In this document: piece after piece, positions 1 through 8,529 of the stretch
Position numbering within the stretch: position 1 is the stretch's first letter
Layout: each line of letters starts with the position of its first letter
DNA from: an uncultured Methanosarcinales archaeon
GTDB lineage: Archaea > Nanobdellota > Nanobdellia > Woesearchaeales > DATDXC01
DNA length: 64,000 nt
Reading direction: 5' to 3'
NCBI GenBank assembly: GCA_964510025.1
Contig: CAZDZV010000002.1
Coordinates: forward strand, 62,001-126,000
Position numbers and translations under genes: made by a program
The notes under the pieces: model-generated
What the model was told of the DNA's origin: nothing
Seen by the model: only the letters and a program-made list of their open reading frames with translations
The model's database searches: none

Positions 1-909
1 AGGGAAGTGCAGTTTACAACCCTGCCTGACCTGTTCTTCAGCACCCATCCTGTAAAACAGGAGGATGTTGATGTCTACGTTGAAACGTATAGGGGAGAAT
101 TCAACAGGAAGGTAAGGGAGGTCCTCAAGAGAAAATTAAGGACTTTCCTGACATGGAAAGAGCACACTTTTGAAGAGATAAAGAACAGGAGAAAATTTAC
201 CCTGAAATACCTCAGGCAGCACTATGAGATAATAAGGCTGTATATGGCATGGGTAAAGCCCTATCTCCGAAACGTACAAAGGCTTCAGATGGACCAGAAA
301 CAGATGGATACTGTCGATTTGTTGGTTGCGTTTGAGACATCGATAATTGAAGTTGAATATATCGCCCATATGGACACTGATGTAAGTCCTGTAGTGCTGA
401 TGTCTTTCTGGTTCAGGACCAGGCCTGAGATGAGCTATCAGCAGGAAGGATGGCAGAAAGGTCCTCTGCATGTAGGCAGAGTCCATATTAACTTCAGAAG
501 CTATGGGTGGACAAAAGAAGAGATAGAAAAATATAAGGAGATGAAAAAGGAGGAGGAATTCAAGCTTCTTGGGCTTATTGACGGCTCTGTCAAGGCAGCC
601 ATGGAAGCGCTGGGGGATGAGCTTATGAGATACCTGGCAGAGGCTGGAGAAGACAGCGTAAAGCCAAGGCCGGAATCTGACAAGCTGAGCAAGGACGAAA
701 AAGGTAACCCTGCGATGCTTAGGATTCTAAATCCATTCAAGAGCATAAACGACCTGCTCAAGCCTGTAAAGTCGTCGTCAAAGAAGGCAAGCCCTAAAGC
801 GGCAGCTGAGATTGCCGCCAAAAAAGCAAGTTCAGGGAAAAAAGCGATAAGCCTTATGAACTCTGTCTACCAACATTTCAAGAAGCATCATGCAATGCTA
901 AACTGGTAA
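1..909 (+). CDS. Hypothetical protein, 5'-truncated by the window
   Basis: Frame is open from base 1, so the GTG at 7 is probably internal. Stop is 2 nt before the next ATG, suggesting an operon. No family recognised. Confidence 0.75.
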   Translation, partial: REVQFTTLPDLFFSTHPVKQEDVDVYVETYRGEFNRKVREVLKRKLRTFLTWKEHTFEEIKNRRKFTLKYLRQHYEIIRLYMAWVKPYLRNVQRLQMDQKQMDTVDLLVAFETSIIEVEYIAHMDTDVSPVVLMSFWFRTRPEMSYQQEGWQKGPLHVGRVHINFRSYGWTKEEIEKYKEMKKEEEFKLLGLIDGSVKAAMEALGDELMRYLAEAGEDSVKPRPESDKLSKDEKGNPAMLRILNPFKSINDLLKPVKSSSKKASPKAAAEIAAKKASSGKKAISLMNSVYQHFKKHHAMLNW

Positions 910-911
910 AA

Positions 912-3161
912 ATGCAATTTTACACACATCATCCGATGGTCGATTACATGGGGGGTATCTCCGACTACAAGAATTCCATGGACCCAGGGAACTACAGCCC
1001 TTCGACAGGAGAGCAGCTCAATATGAGCATCAAGGATATTGGAATGTCTGTACCTATGGGCATATCAGCAGCAAATGTTTCCGGGATATACAGCAAGATA
1101 AGGATGGGCGCTGGCTCGATCGAGATCGGATTTCCTGGTGTGTTTTCAGGCCAGAGGCAGGCTCAAACCCCTGGCATGTACGGAGAAGACCAGAGGCAGG
1201 CAATAAAGGAGCTGGCCAAGATCAACGAGATCAACCTTACCACTCACAGCGCCTACAACATAATGGGGCTGATGGGCAGGGACCAGAGGGATAATTTCTC
1301 ATTGACAAATGCAAAAGCCAGTGAGCTCGAGATTGAAAGAGCCATTGATTTTGCTGCAGATACCGCCGGAAAGGGATCTGTGGTAGTGCATACCGGAGAA
1401 TGGGAAAGGCCGCTGACAGACATAACAGTAGATGATGCGACCTGGCAGAAAAACTACTCCTACTCTGATGACGGAAGGCTGATGTTCAGAAAAAGGGTGC
1501 CTGAGCTTCACGATGCAAATTTTGTTCTGCTGGATGACAGGACAAGCCAGAAGATGGAGACAGTGCAGAAAGACCGGAAGGTAGCTGTGCCTAAGTGGAG
1601 AAAAGCAGAAGATGATTATGAAGGCATATACCAGGACAATATCCATATTATCGATCCAAATGATAAGTGGATGGAGAATTACAAAGGGCAAAAGGTAAAG
1701 ATCAAAAAAGGAGACTATATAGACTATGAGGGCAAGAAGATAATAAACCCCTATGACCCGAAATACGGAAGGGTCCCTGAATTTGACGAAGGCACAAGCA
1801 GGTTCAAGGTGGAATACAGGGTCTGGGATGATTTTATTGAAGAGGCAAAAGAGCAGACAGAGTGGAAGCGGCAGCACTGGGTGGAGATGACTGGCAAGAG
1901 ACCTGAAAATGATGAGCATTGGTATTATGACGGCGTTATATATCCTGATGAGGCGTTCCTGCATGCCACTCTGGAGACCAATGAAGGGCATTCAAGAGGA
2001 TGGGCATTGCAGTATGCACAAAGCACAGCAACTCATCTTGAAGCTATAGAGAAACTTAAGAAGGTCAAGACATTCTATGAACAGCTTGATGAAAACCTTA
2101 CAGAGGATGAAAAATGGAAGATAATGAAGCAGGACGACAACATATTCAGGTATACAAGAGGGCTCGTGCCTCCGGAGACCAAGCATCCGCTAAAGATGAT
2201 AGACGAGCTTCTGAAGGAGCACCGGATAGGGCTAGAGTTTGCCAGGCAGGCATCTGCCTCCCAGCAGCAGCAGGCTGAGGATACTGCCGAAACAAAGAAG
2301 CATATTGTAACCCCTTTGAAAAGATTCAAGAAGCATGTGGCAAGACTTTATGCTGAAGCTGGAATAAGGGCCATGCAGCGCACAAAAGACCCGAACAATC
2401 CGATATTTCTGGCCATTGAGAACATCTTTCCCGAAAGGTTCGGTGGCCATCCGCAAGAGCTCAGGTTTGTAATCGATGAAGCAAGGAAATGGTTCGTTAA
2501 ATTCCTGACTAAACAAGAGAACATAGACCATGGCCTAATGTCCAAGCAGAATGATAATTTTGAAGCTTCGAAGTTCGGCACAAGCCCATTTTATGTTCCT
2601 GGGATGAGCAGGCAGGAAGCTGAAAAGCTGGCGGAAAAGCACATAAAGGCAACGATCGATACCGGCCACATGAACATGTGGAGAAAATTCTGGCAGCCCA
2701 AGCCTGGGCAGAGCATAGAGGAAGCTGACAAGGAATTCAGAAACTGGTATGTAACTGAATTTGAAAAACTGGCAAAGGGGGGCTATATCGGCAATATCCA
2801 TCTTACTGACAATTACGGATTTCAGGACGACCATATAGCGCCTGGCCAAGGCAATGCCCCTATAAAGGAAATCCTCCACACCCTTAAAAAACATGGCTAT
2901 GACAAAGCTATAACGGTCGAGCCTGGAGCAGATGCCTCAACAGACCTTTCAGATTTCCATGGCCTGATGAAAACATGGCGATATGTGGGCGCACCTATCC
3001 ATGGCATATATGCCAGCGGTGGTGGCGGGGGTGTAAGACCTCAGACATGGGGGGATGTACACTACTCATATTTCGGCCAGAACAAGCCGCCGTATTTCAT
3101 ATTTGGTTCCTACAGCCCGTCTAATGACTGGACCCTGTGGACCCAGGTGCCGATGGAATAA
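912..3161 (+). CDS. Xylose-isomerase/AP endonuclease 2-like TIM-barrel metalloprotein with a large insertion
   Basis: Ordered metal-ligand motifs TTHS, VVHTG, AIEN, DTGH, IHLTDN..DDH, TVEPG; roughly 340 aa lie between HTG and AIEN. Confidence 0.75.
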   Translation: MQFYTHHPMVDYMGGISDYKNSMDPGNYSPSTGEQLNMSIKDIGMSVPMGISAANVSGIYSKIRMGAGSIEIGFPGVFSGQRQAQTPGMYGEDQRQAIKELAKINEINLTTHSAYNIMGLMGRDQRDNFSLTNAKASELEIERAIDFAADTAGKGSVVVHTGEWERPLTDITVDDATWQKNYSYSDDGRLMFRKRVPELHDANFVLLDDRTSQKMETVQKDRKVAVPKWRKAEDDYEGIYQDNIHIIDPNDKWMENYKGQKVKIKKGDYIDYEGKKIINPYDPKYGRVPEFDEGTSRFKVEYRVWDDFIEEAKEQTEWKRQHWVEMTGKRPENDEHWYYDGVIYPDEAFLHATLETNEGHSRGWALQYAQSTATHLEAIEKLKKVKTFYEQLDENLTEDEKWKIMKQDDNIFRYTRGLVPPETKHPLKMIDELLKEHRIGLEFARQASASQQQQAEDTAETKKHIVTPLKRFKKHVARLYAEAGIRAMQRTKDPNNPIFLAIENIFPERFGGHPQELRFVIDEARKWFVKFLTKQENIDHGLMSKQNDNFEASKFGTSPFYVPGMSRQEAEKLAEKHIKATIDTGHMNMWRKFWQPKPGQSIEEADKEFRNWYVTEFEKLAKGGYIGNIHLTDNYGFQDDHIAPGQGNAPIKEILHTLKKHGYDKAITVEPGADASTDLSDFHGLMKTWRYVGAPIHGIYASGGGGGVRPQTWGDVHYSYFGQNKPPYFIFGSYSPSNDWTLWTQVPME

Positions 3162-3162
3162 A

Positions 3163-3654
3163 ATGGCTAAACTTGACAAGGAAGAGCTGGCCAAGCTGTC
3201 ACCCCAGGAAAGAATCCAACGGCTCAAGAAGCTGGAGGAAGAAAGCAAAAAGGAAATAGCAGAAGCTGAAAAGCTCATAAAAAAAAGCGAAGAGGAGCTG
3301 AAGAGGGACGGGATGGAAAGCAAATTAGCCATCCCTGAGAGCAGGCAGATAGATATCTCAGACCTGTTCGAGCCGCCGCAGAGCCAGCTTGAGCAGACAG
3401 CGCAGGAAGCTCATGAGGAGGAACCGAGCCAGGAGCAGCTGCAATATATGGTGAACCAGGCTTATGAAGAGGCTGCGCAGCTTGCCTATGAACAGGGAGG
3501 GGAAGACGTACTAGATAGGGTAGATGCGTTGGGAGAGAGGCTTGAAAAGATAAATTACCACAGCCTGAGCGACCAGGCAGTCAACAAGGTTGTGGCGACC
3601 AGATCATTACTCTATAAAATAAAGAAGTATCACCAGCAAGATCATAAGTGGTAG
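3163..3654 (+). CDS. Hypothetical charged coiled-coil protein (start revised to ATG 3163)
   Basis: ATG is 1 nt after the upstream stop; MAKLDKEELAKLSPQERI..., E/K/Q-rich helical sequence. Confidence 0.75.
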   Translation: MAKLDKEELAKLSPQERIQRLKKLEEESKKEIAEAEKLIKKSEEELKRDGMESKLAIPESRQIDISDLFEPPQSQLEQTAQEAHEEEPSQEQLQYMVNQAYEEAAQLAYEQGGEDVLDRVDALGERLEKINYHSLSDQAVNKVVATRSLLYKIKKYHQQDHKW

Positions 3655-3655
3655 C

Positions 3656-3787
3656 ATGATAGAAGACAAGGTAAAAGACAAAAGAGCCTCATGGCTTTCG
3701 ATAAAATCCAGCTTTCTCGCAGATAGGGACTATCTGGATGAGATAGGGGTAGATGAAGACCTTAAAAGGGAGATCAGGAATGGATGA
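3656..3787 (+). CDS. Small hypothetical protein, 43 aa, not in the ORF track
   Basis: MIEDKVKDKRASWLSIKSSFLADRDYLDEIGVDEDLKREIRNG*; starts 1 nt after the upstream TAG and its stop overlaps the next start (ATGGATGA). Confidence 0.6.
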   Translation: MIEDKVKDKRASWLSIKSSFLADRDYLDEIGVDEDLKREIRNG

Positions 3788-4322
3788 TAGCAAATTCAGG
3801 CGCATAAAAAAGGAGTATGATGATTATTACAGGAACCTGCTCAGGCAGGGAAATCTTCTGGCAAGAGATACCGGCGTTGGCTTCTGGGGGCCATCTGTGA
3901 CCGACGAGGTCTGGGAGATATTCAAAAGGATCGGACTTAACAGGTTCAAGAGATTTCTCGATCTTGGTTCAGGCGATGGAAAGGTCACATTGTTGGCTGC
4001 CCTGTTCTGCGATAGCGCAACCGGGGTGGAGTTCGACCCGCTGCTTACCGGGAAAGCACTAGAGATGAAAGAAAAGACAGGAGTGGGTAATGCCAGATTT
4101 ATCAATGATGATTTCATCGACCACGATCTTTCCCCGTATGACATAATATTCCATGCTCCTGACAAGCCATTGCACCGGGGGATTGAGGAAAAGATAATAA
4201 ATGAGATGAGGGGCAAGCTTATCCTATACGGCCACCATTTTCATCCTCAGAACCTCGAATTGGAGGAAAGCTTCACTGTAGACGGAACATTGGTCAGCAT
4301 ATACTCTAAAAAAAGCACATAA
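3780..4322 (+). CDS. Class I SAM-dependent methyltransferase (start revised to 3780)
   Basis: Motif I FLDLGSGDG, then GVEFD and DDF...YDIIF. Confidence 0.8.
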   Translation: MDDSKFRRIKKEYDDYYRNLLRQGNLLARDTGVGFWGPSVTDEVWEIFKRIGLNRFKRFLDLGSGDGKVTLLAALFCDSATGVEFDPLLTGKALEMKEKTGVGNARFINDDFIDHDLSPYDIIFHAPDKPLHRGIEEKIINEMRGKLILYGHHFHPQNLELEESFTVDGTLVSIYSKKST

Positions 4323-5145
4323 AACCCATATTACCGGTTTTGATCCTCTGGTCTCCCACCCTTATATGGTTTTTGTCTGCTACATGCAGCTGCTTATTGC
4401 CCCGCAATAAAGCAGAGAGCTTGTTGTTCTGGGAGGCCATTATCCCGCTATAGCTGACCTTTTTGCCATTTATATGGGCATCCCGAAGCATAAAAACACC
4501 ATAGTTAGAGGTATATATGATCGGTTCCTTCAGCATCTTTCTGAGGAGTGCCTCATGCTGTATAGAGTACTGCTCGACTATATTCAGGTTATTTTTTGCA
4601 ATCTTCGCTGAGCTTTGGCAGTGGAAGCTGCAGGGAAAATGGCTTAGCAGGCTTAAATCGAAATGCCTCGCTGCAAAATTATTGTAGAAAGGAAACAAAA
4701 AACCTTCAGAATTCCTTAGTGCAGCTAGCGTGAAATCGTTTGCTTTTTCAGATTGTACATGGGCCTGATCCTGAAAAAATCTGCTGCAGCATCTTGGATA
4801 TCCCAGAGCGATGCCCAGCTTATAGTGGTTGTCGTTTGCCTCGTGCTTTTTTGCCCTTCTAATAGCTGCCCTGCTCCTTGACAGATAGACAAAGTAATAA
4901 CCCTTTTTTCGGTCATCTGCACCTATCTTTTCTCCCTTGTTTGAGTAGGGCGTGCTGTCCAGCTTCAGCACCTTAAAGTCTGCCCTGTCTACCAGCAGCT
5001 TATGCCCGTTCAGGAACTCCTTTATGCCATTATACTCCTCCTGCTTCACCATTATCCTGGTTACAGGCTTAGCTCTCTCCAAAGCATAGATGATATCCAG
5101 ACGCTTCAGCAAAGAATCAAATTTTTCGTTTAATATCACCAGCAT
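4306..5145 (-). CDS. Hypothetical Cys/His-motif protein (DUF483-like)
   Basis: LGYPRCC and HFPCSFHC motifs; family assignment from memory. Confidence 0.55.
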   Translation of the reverse strand: MLVILNEKFDSLLKRLDIIYALERAKPVTRIMVKQEEYNGIKEFLNGHKLLVDRADFKVLKLDSTPYSNKGEKIGADDRKKGYYFVYLSRSRAAIRRAKKHEANDNHYKLGIALGYPRCCSRFFQDQAHVQSEKANDFTLAALRNSEGFLFPFYNNFAARHFDLSLLSHFPCSFHCQSSAKIAKNNLNIVEQYSIQHEALLRKMLKEPIIYTSNYGVFMLRDAHINGKKVSYSGIMASQNNKLSALLRGNKQLHVADKNHIRVGDQRIKTGNMGFMCFF

Positions 5146-5221
5146 AAACCAGCAAAGAAGAAGGTTATATTTATTATTTTGTAAAAATTTAGAAAGATTT
5201 TAATAATCAAGCTTAGACAGC

Positions 5222-6205
5222 ATGGGTAAAATGCTGCCTTTTATTTTGCTCATACTGGGGATCGTATTTCTTGTGATGGGCGCGGACAGGGTTGTGGAAG
5301 CTGCAAAGAAGCTTTCACTGAAATTTCATGTCTCCCATGCATTTATTGGGCTTACCATAATATCTATAGGCACTTCTCTGCCAGAGATATTTACAAATGT
5401 CTTTTCCGGGATCAAAACTCTAGAAGGAATCGAAGCCAGCGGCATAGCCGTAGGTACAAACATAGGGAGCTGCCTGTCGCAGATAACGCTTGTATTGGGG
5501 CTGACTGCATTGTTGGGCACTATGCATATAACCAGGAAAGCCTTGTTCAGGGACGGGTTCATGATCCTTTTTTCAATAGCACTTATGTTTATTTTTGGTC
5601 TTGATGGTTCTGTTTCAAGGATAGAGGGCGTTTTCCTCTTGGGGGGTTATATGATCTACCTGTACATCCTGAGCAGGCACCATGATGTTGTAAAGAATGT
5701 ATCCAGCGAAATAAGGTCCAAAAAGCAAAAGCATAAGGAGATAAACATCCTGAAGAACATGGTCTATATAACAATAGGGATCGTATTGCTTGTGGTAGGA
5801 TCAGATCTTGTAGTAAACAACGCACTGAAGATAAGCGAAATGTTTGGATTAGCCCAATCATTTGTGGGTGTGATGATAGTAGGGGTAGGTGGAGCGCTGC
5901 CTGAGCTCTCTACTGCCATAAAAGGTGTCCTGAAGAAAGCCCAAGGAATATCTCTGGGAACGCTGATGGGATCCAATGTTACAGACCCCATGTTTTCCCT
6001 GGGCAGCGGAGCTTTGATCAGCGGATTTTCCTTTGCCAAGAATCTGCTGTTCTTTGACCTGCCTTTCTGGTTCTTCGCTACTATAGCAGCATTGGTTCTG
6101 ATCAGGAAAGATATGGGCATCGGCAAGAAAGACAGATGGAAAGGGATAATTTTGTTGGCCCTCTATGCGGTATTTGTTGTGCTGAAGATCAGCTTCTTCA
6201 TGTAG
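5222..6205 (+). CDS. Ca2+/Na+ antiporter (CaCA, YrbG-like)
   Basis: About 10 TM segments; alpha repeats GTSLPE...GTNIGS and GGALPE...GTLMGSN. Confidence 0.9.
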   Translation: MGKMLPFILLILGIVFLVMGADRVVEAAKKLSLKFHVSHAFIGLTIISIGTSLPEIFTNVFSGIKTLEGIEASGIAVGTNIGSCLSQITLVLGLTALLGTMHITRKALFRDGFMILFSIALMFIFGLDGSVSRIEGVFLLGGYMIYLYILSRHHDVVKNVSSEIRSKKQKHKEINILKNMVYITIGIVLLVVGSDLVVNNALKISEMFGLAQSFVGVMIVGVGGALPELSTAIKGVLKKAQGISLGTLMGSNVTDPMFSLGSGALISGFSFAKNLLFFDLPFWFFATIAALVLIRKDMGIGKKDRWKGIILLALYAVFVVLKISFFM

Positions 6206-7127
6206 GTTTTCTTTTTCTGAGGAAGATAAGCCATCCCAGGCCCGCTAAAGCAACAGCTGCAGGATATACCCAAAGATAACTGGGTTGTTTTGGAGAAGTC
6301 TGCAGCTTAAAGGAATCTTCAGGCTCCATTATTATGACCTCTCTTTTTTCGCAGGGCTTACAGGGGCCCCCGCAATCAATGTCCTCCTCGCCCTGGTTCT
6401 GGATATTATCAAAACAGCTCGGGACATATTCGCATTCCTGATGTGAAGCAGGCGGCCGCCATGTGTCCGGACATGTTCCGATGTTTATGCAGGACCTTGT
6501 CTGTTGATTGTTCGGGTAGCAGGAGGTCCATTCGCTGCATGTCCATCTGTAGATGCAGCCTCCTTGTGCAGATGGCTCTTCCACTATTTCTTCCTTGATA
6601 GGTATCTCTTCGGCAGAATACACCGGACCAAATCCTGTCACATTGAAGGCCATGGTGCCCCTTGTATAGTTTAGCTTCAGGCAGACAGTGGAAGGGCATA
6701 TCCCCCTATCTGCCAGCAAACGCGGATTAGTGAAAGGCAGGCTATAGAGGTAGAGCGTAGCAGGCACATCCAAAGCAGGCAAGGCTGTTACGTTGATCCA
6801 TATTGTGTTGTAGGTGATGTTGATGTGGCTGTCAAGATCTATCATATAGTTTTCAGCCATTGTTGTCAGGTTGATCGTAGAGCCGTTAAAGACGATCATG
6901 CCGTATGGTGCTGCTTCCAGCCTCATATTTGATACAGCTTCCAGCTCTGTGTTATTCAGTGCAGAAAAGTTCGTGCTTGTGCCGTTGAAGGAGCCTGCAA
7001 ATACCCTAATAGGTATGTTGATCTCTATACCTGATCTGGTCTGCTCCACGGCCATGCCTGTAATGGCATTGTCAGAGACAGCAAAAGGTAAGCAAAGAAT
7101 CAAAACAAATAAAAGTTTCATAAACAT
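6198..7127 (-). CDS. Exported membrane-anchored protein with Cys-rich modules
   Basis: Signal peptide followed by ITGMAV; beta domain; CxxxWxCxxWxxC and CFDNIQNQGEEDIDCGGPC modules; C-terminal TM plus RKRK. Confidence 0.8.
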   Translation of the reverse strand: MFMKLLFVLILCLPFAVSDNAITGMAVEQTRSGIEINIPIRVFAGSFNGTSTNFSALNNTELEAVSNMRLEAAPYGMIVFNGSTINLTTMAENYMIDLDSHINITYNTIWINVTALPALDVPATLYLYSLPFTNPRLLADRGICPSTVCLKLNYTRGTMAFNVTGFGPVYSAEEIPIKEEIVEEPSAQGGCIYRWTCSEWTSCYPNNQQTRSCINIGTCPDTWRPPASHQECEYVPSCFDNIQNQGEEDIDCGGPCKPCEKREVIIMEPEDSFKLQTSPKQPSYLWVYPAAVALAGLGWLIFLRKRKPT

Positions 7128-7153
7128 GGAATGTAATATGTAGAACTTATATA

Positions 7154-7786
7154 TTACTTTTTCCGTTTTCTTTTCTTCTTAGCTGGTTTCTTCTTAGCTG
7201 CGGCCGTCTTAGCTGGGGCCTTCCTTTTTCTGAGTATGAGTACGATCAAGATGATCGATATTACAGCAACTGCAATATATACCATTGTCCAGTCTCTTGG
7301 GTATGGGCTGCATCTTACGCGCAATTTCAATGGTACTGAAACACCCAAAGAGGTAGCTGAACCTGATCCTGTGCTTGTGCCGGGCTTTTCCATGGCTACT
7401 ATCTTACCGCTGTATGACACTTCCTCGTCGCTGCATTTCTGCTCACAGATAAAGTTTCCGACAAGACAGTCTTCAGGATAGATATTTGCAATCTGAAAGC
7501 AGAATTCAATCGGAACTGCCTCCTTATGGGTTGTGCCTGCATTGATCAGCTTTGCCTCGCTCTTTTCAGAGACAATGACCTCTTTCAGCTCATCTGATAC
7601 GCTTAGCAGAGCGGTCACATCCTCTTCCCAGGGGTTATAGATGCCATATTGCACGCAATGCACAGAATCCTCATTCACAATCTCAATCTCAGTATCCCAG
7701 ACGACACCTACCCCTTTTCTGGCAACTGACATAGCTGGCAGAAGCAAGACTGCAAGAATCACTATGAACGCGAACCTAAATTTCAT
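7154..7786 (-). CDS. Exported Ig-like protein with C-terminal TM and very basic tail
   Basis: Signal peptide, beta-rich domain with 6 Cys, TM, KKKPAKKKRKRKK tail. Confidence 0.8.
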   Translation of the reverse strand: MKFRFAFIVILAVLLLPAMSVARKGVGVVWDTEIEIVNEDSVHCVQYGIYNPWEEDVTALLSVSDELKEVIVSEKSEAKLINAGTTHKEAVPIEFCFQIANIYPEDCLVGNFICEQKCSDEEVSYSGKIVAMEKPGTSTGSGSATSLGVSVPLKLRVRCSPYPRDWTMVYIAVAVISIILIVLILRKRKAPAKTAAAKKKPAKKKRKRKK

Positions 7787-7802
7787 CTTTCTACCTCTTT
7801 TT

Positions 7803-8429
7803 TTATGAACATTCGTTTCCGGTCTGGACTCCCTCGAAATACAGGTTATTTGTATAGGTGCCTGCAGATACGCCTGCTGTTACGTTCAGCCAGAATCGAT
7901 AATAGTTGCTGTTATTTCTAGCTATATTTTCGCTTCCCTTAACATAATACAATGTAATGTTGCTGCTGTCTGCCCAAGCTGGATTATCCACATCATTTGA
8001 TGTGGAATCAGACCATGTATAATTCTGCAACAATATTTCAGCTCCGCCGAGTGTAGTGAGATTGTCATCTGCCCTTATACACAGGTCTATGGCTACATTG
8101 GAGTCCCATGAATTGGTAATATAGTACTCTGTCTGGTTTCCAACACCTATTGAGCCGCCGCCTTCGCTTGTATTGTAGTTTCCTGTAGCATTTATGTTAT
8201 ATTTTGGAAGTACATCAACTGTCTGAAAATTTATCCCGTTTGACAGGTTATCGGACATGGCAATTGAAAAATATGACTGGATGACCACTTCTGAAGCTGC
8301 TGACTGCTCTGTTGCGTGCCCTGTAATTGATACAGCTTCAGGAAGCCATGTATTGAGGATACCTGCAAGGGAAAATACAAAAACAACAATAAGAACGGTT
8401 AATGCCAAGTTTTCCTGTGACTTTTCCAT
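7803..8429 (-). CDS. Exported single-domain pilin/WxL-like protein
   Basis: N-terminal hydrophobic helix followed by ITGHAT; ends YYRFWLNVTAGVSAGTYTNNLYFEG; homologous to the C-terminus of the upstream giant protein. Confidence 0.7.
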   Translation of the reverse strand: MEKSQENLALTVLIVVFVFSLAGILNTWLPEAVSITGHATEQSAASEVVIQSYFSIAMSDNLSNGINFQTVDVLPKYNINATGNYNTSEGGGSIGVGNQTEYYITNSWDSNVAIDLCIRADDNLTTLGGAEILLQNYTWSDSTSNDVDNPAWADSSNITLYYVKGSENIARNNSNYYRFWLNVTAGVSAGTYTNNLYFEGVQTGNECS

Positions 8430-8529
8430 TTTTAGACAGTATATTGATTCTCTAGACCGTGTTGCTTGTCCAGACTAATCTTATCCATTATGTTCCTTAT
8501 TTATAAATTTTACTGTTTTAAAGTGATTA

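Noticed and set aside
3780..4322. DOT1-like histone methyltransferase
   Set aside because: DLGSGDG is a generic class I motif; substrate cannot be inferred.
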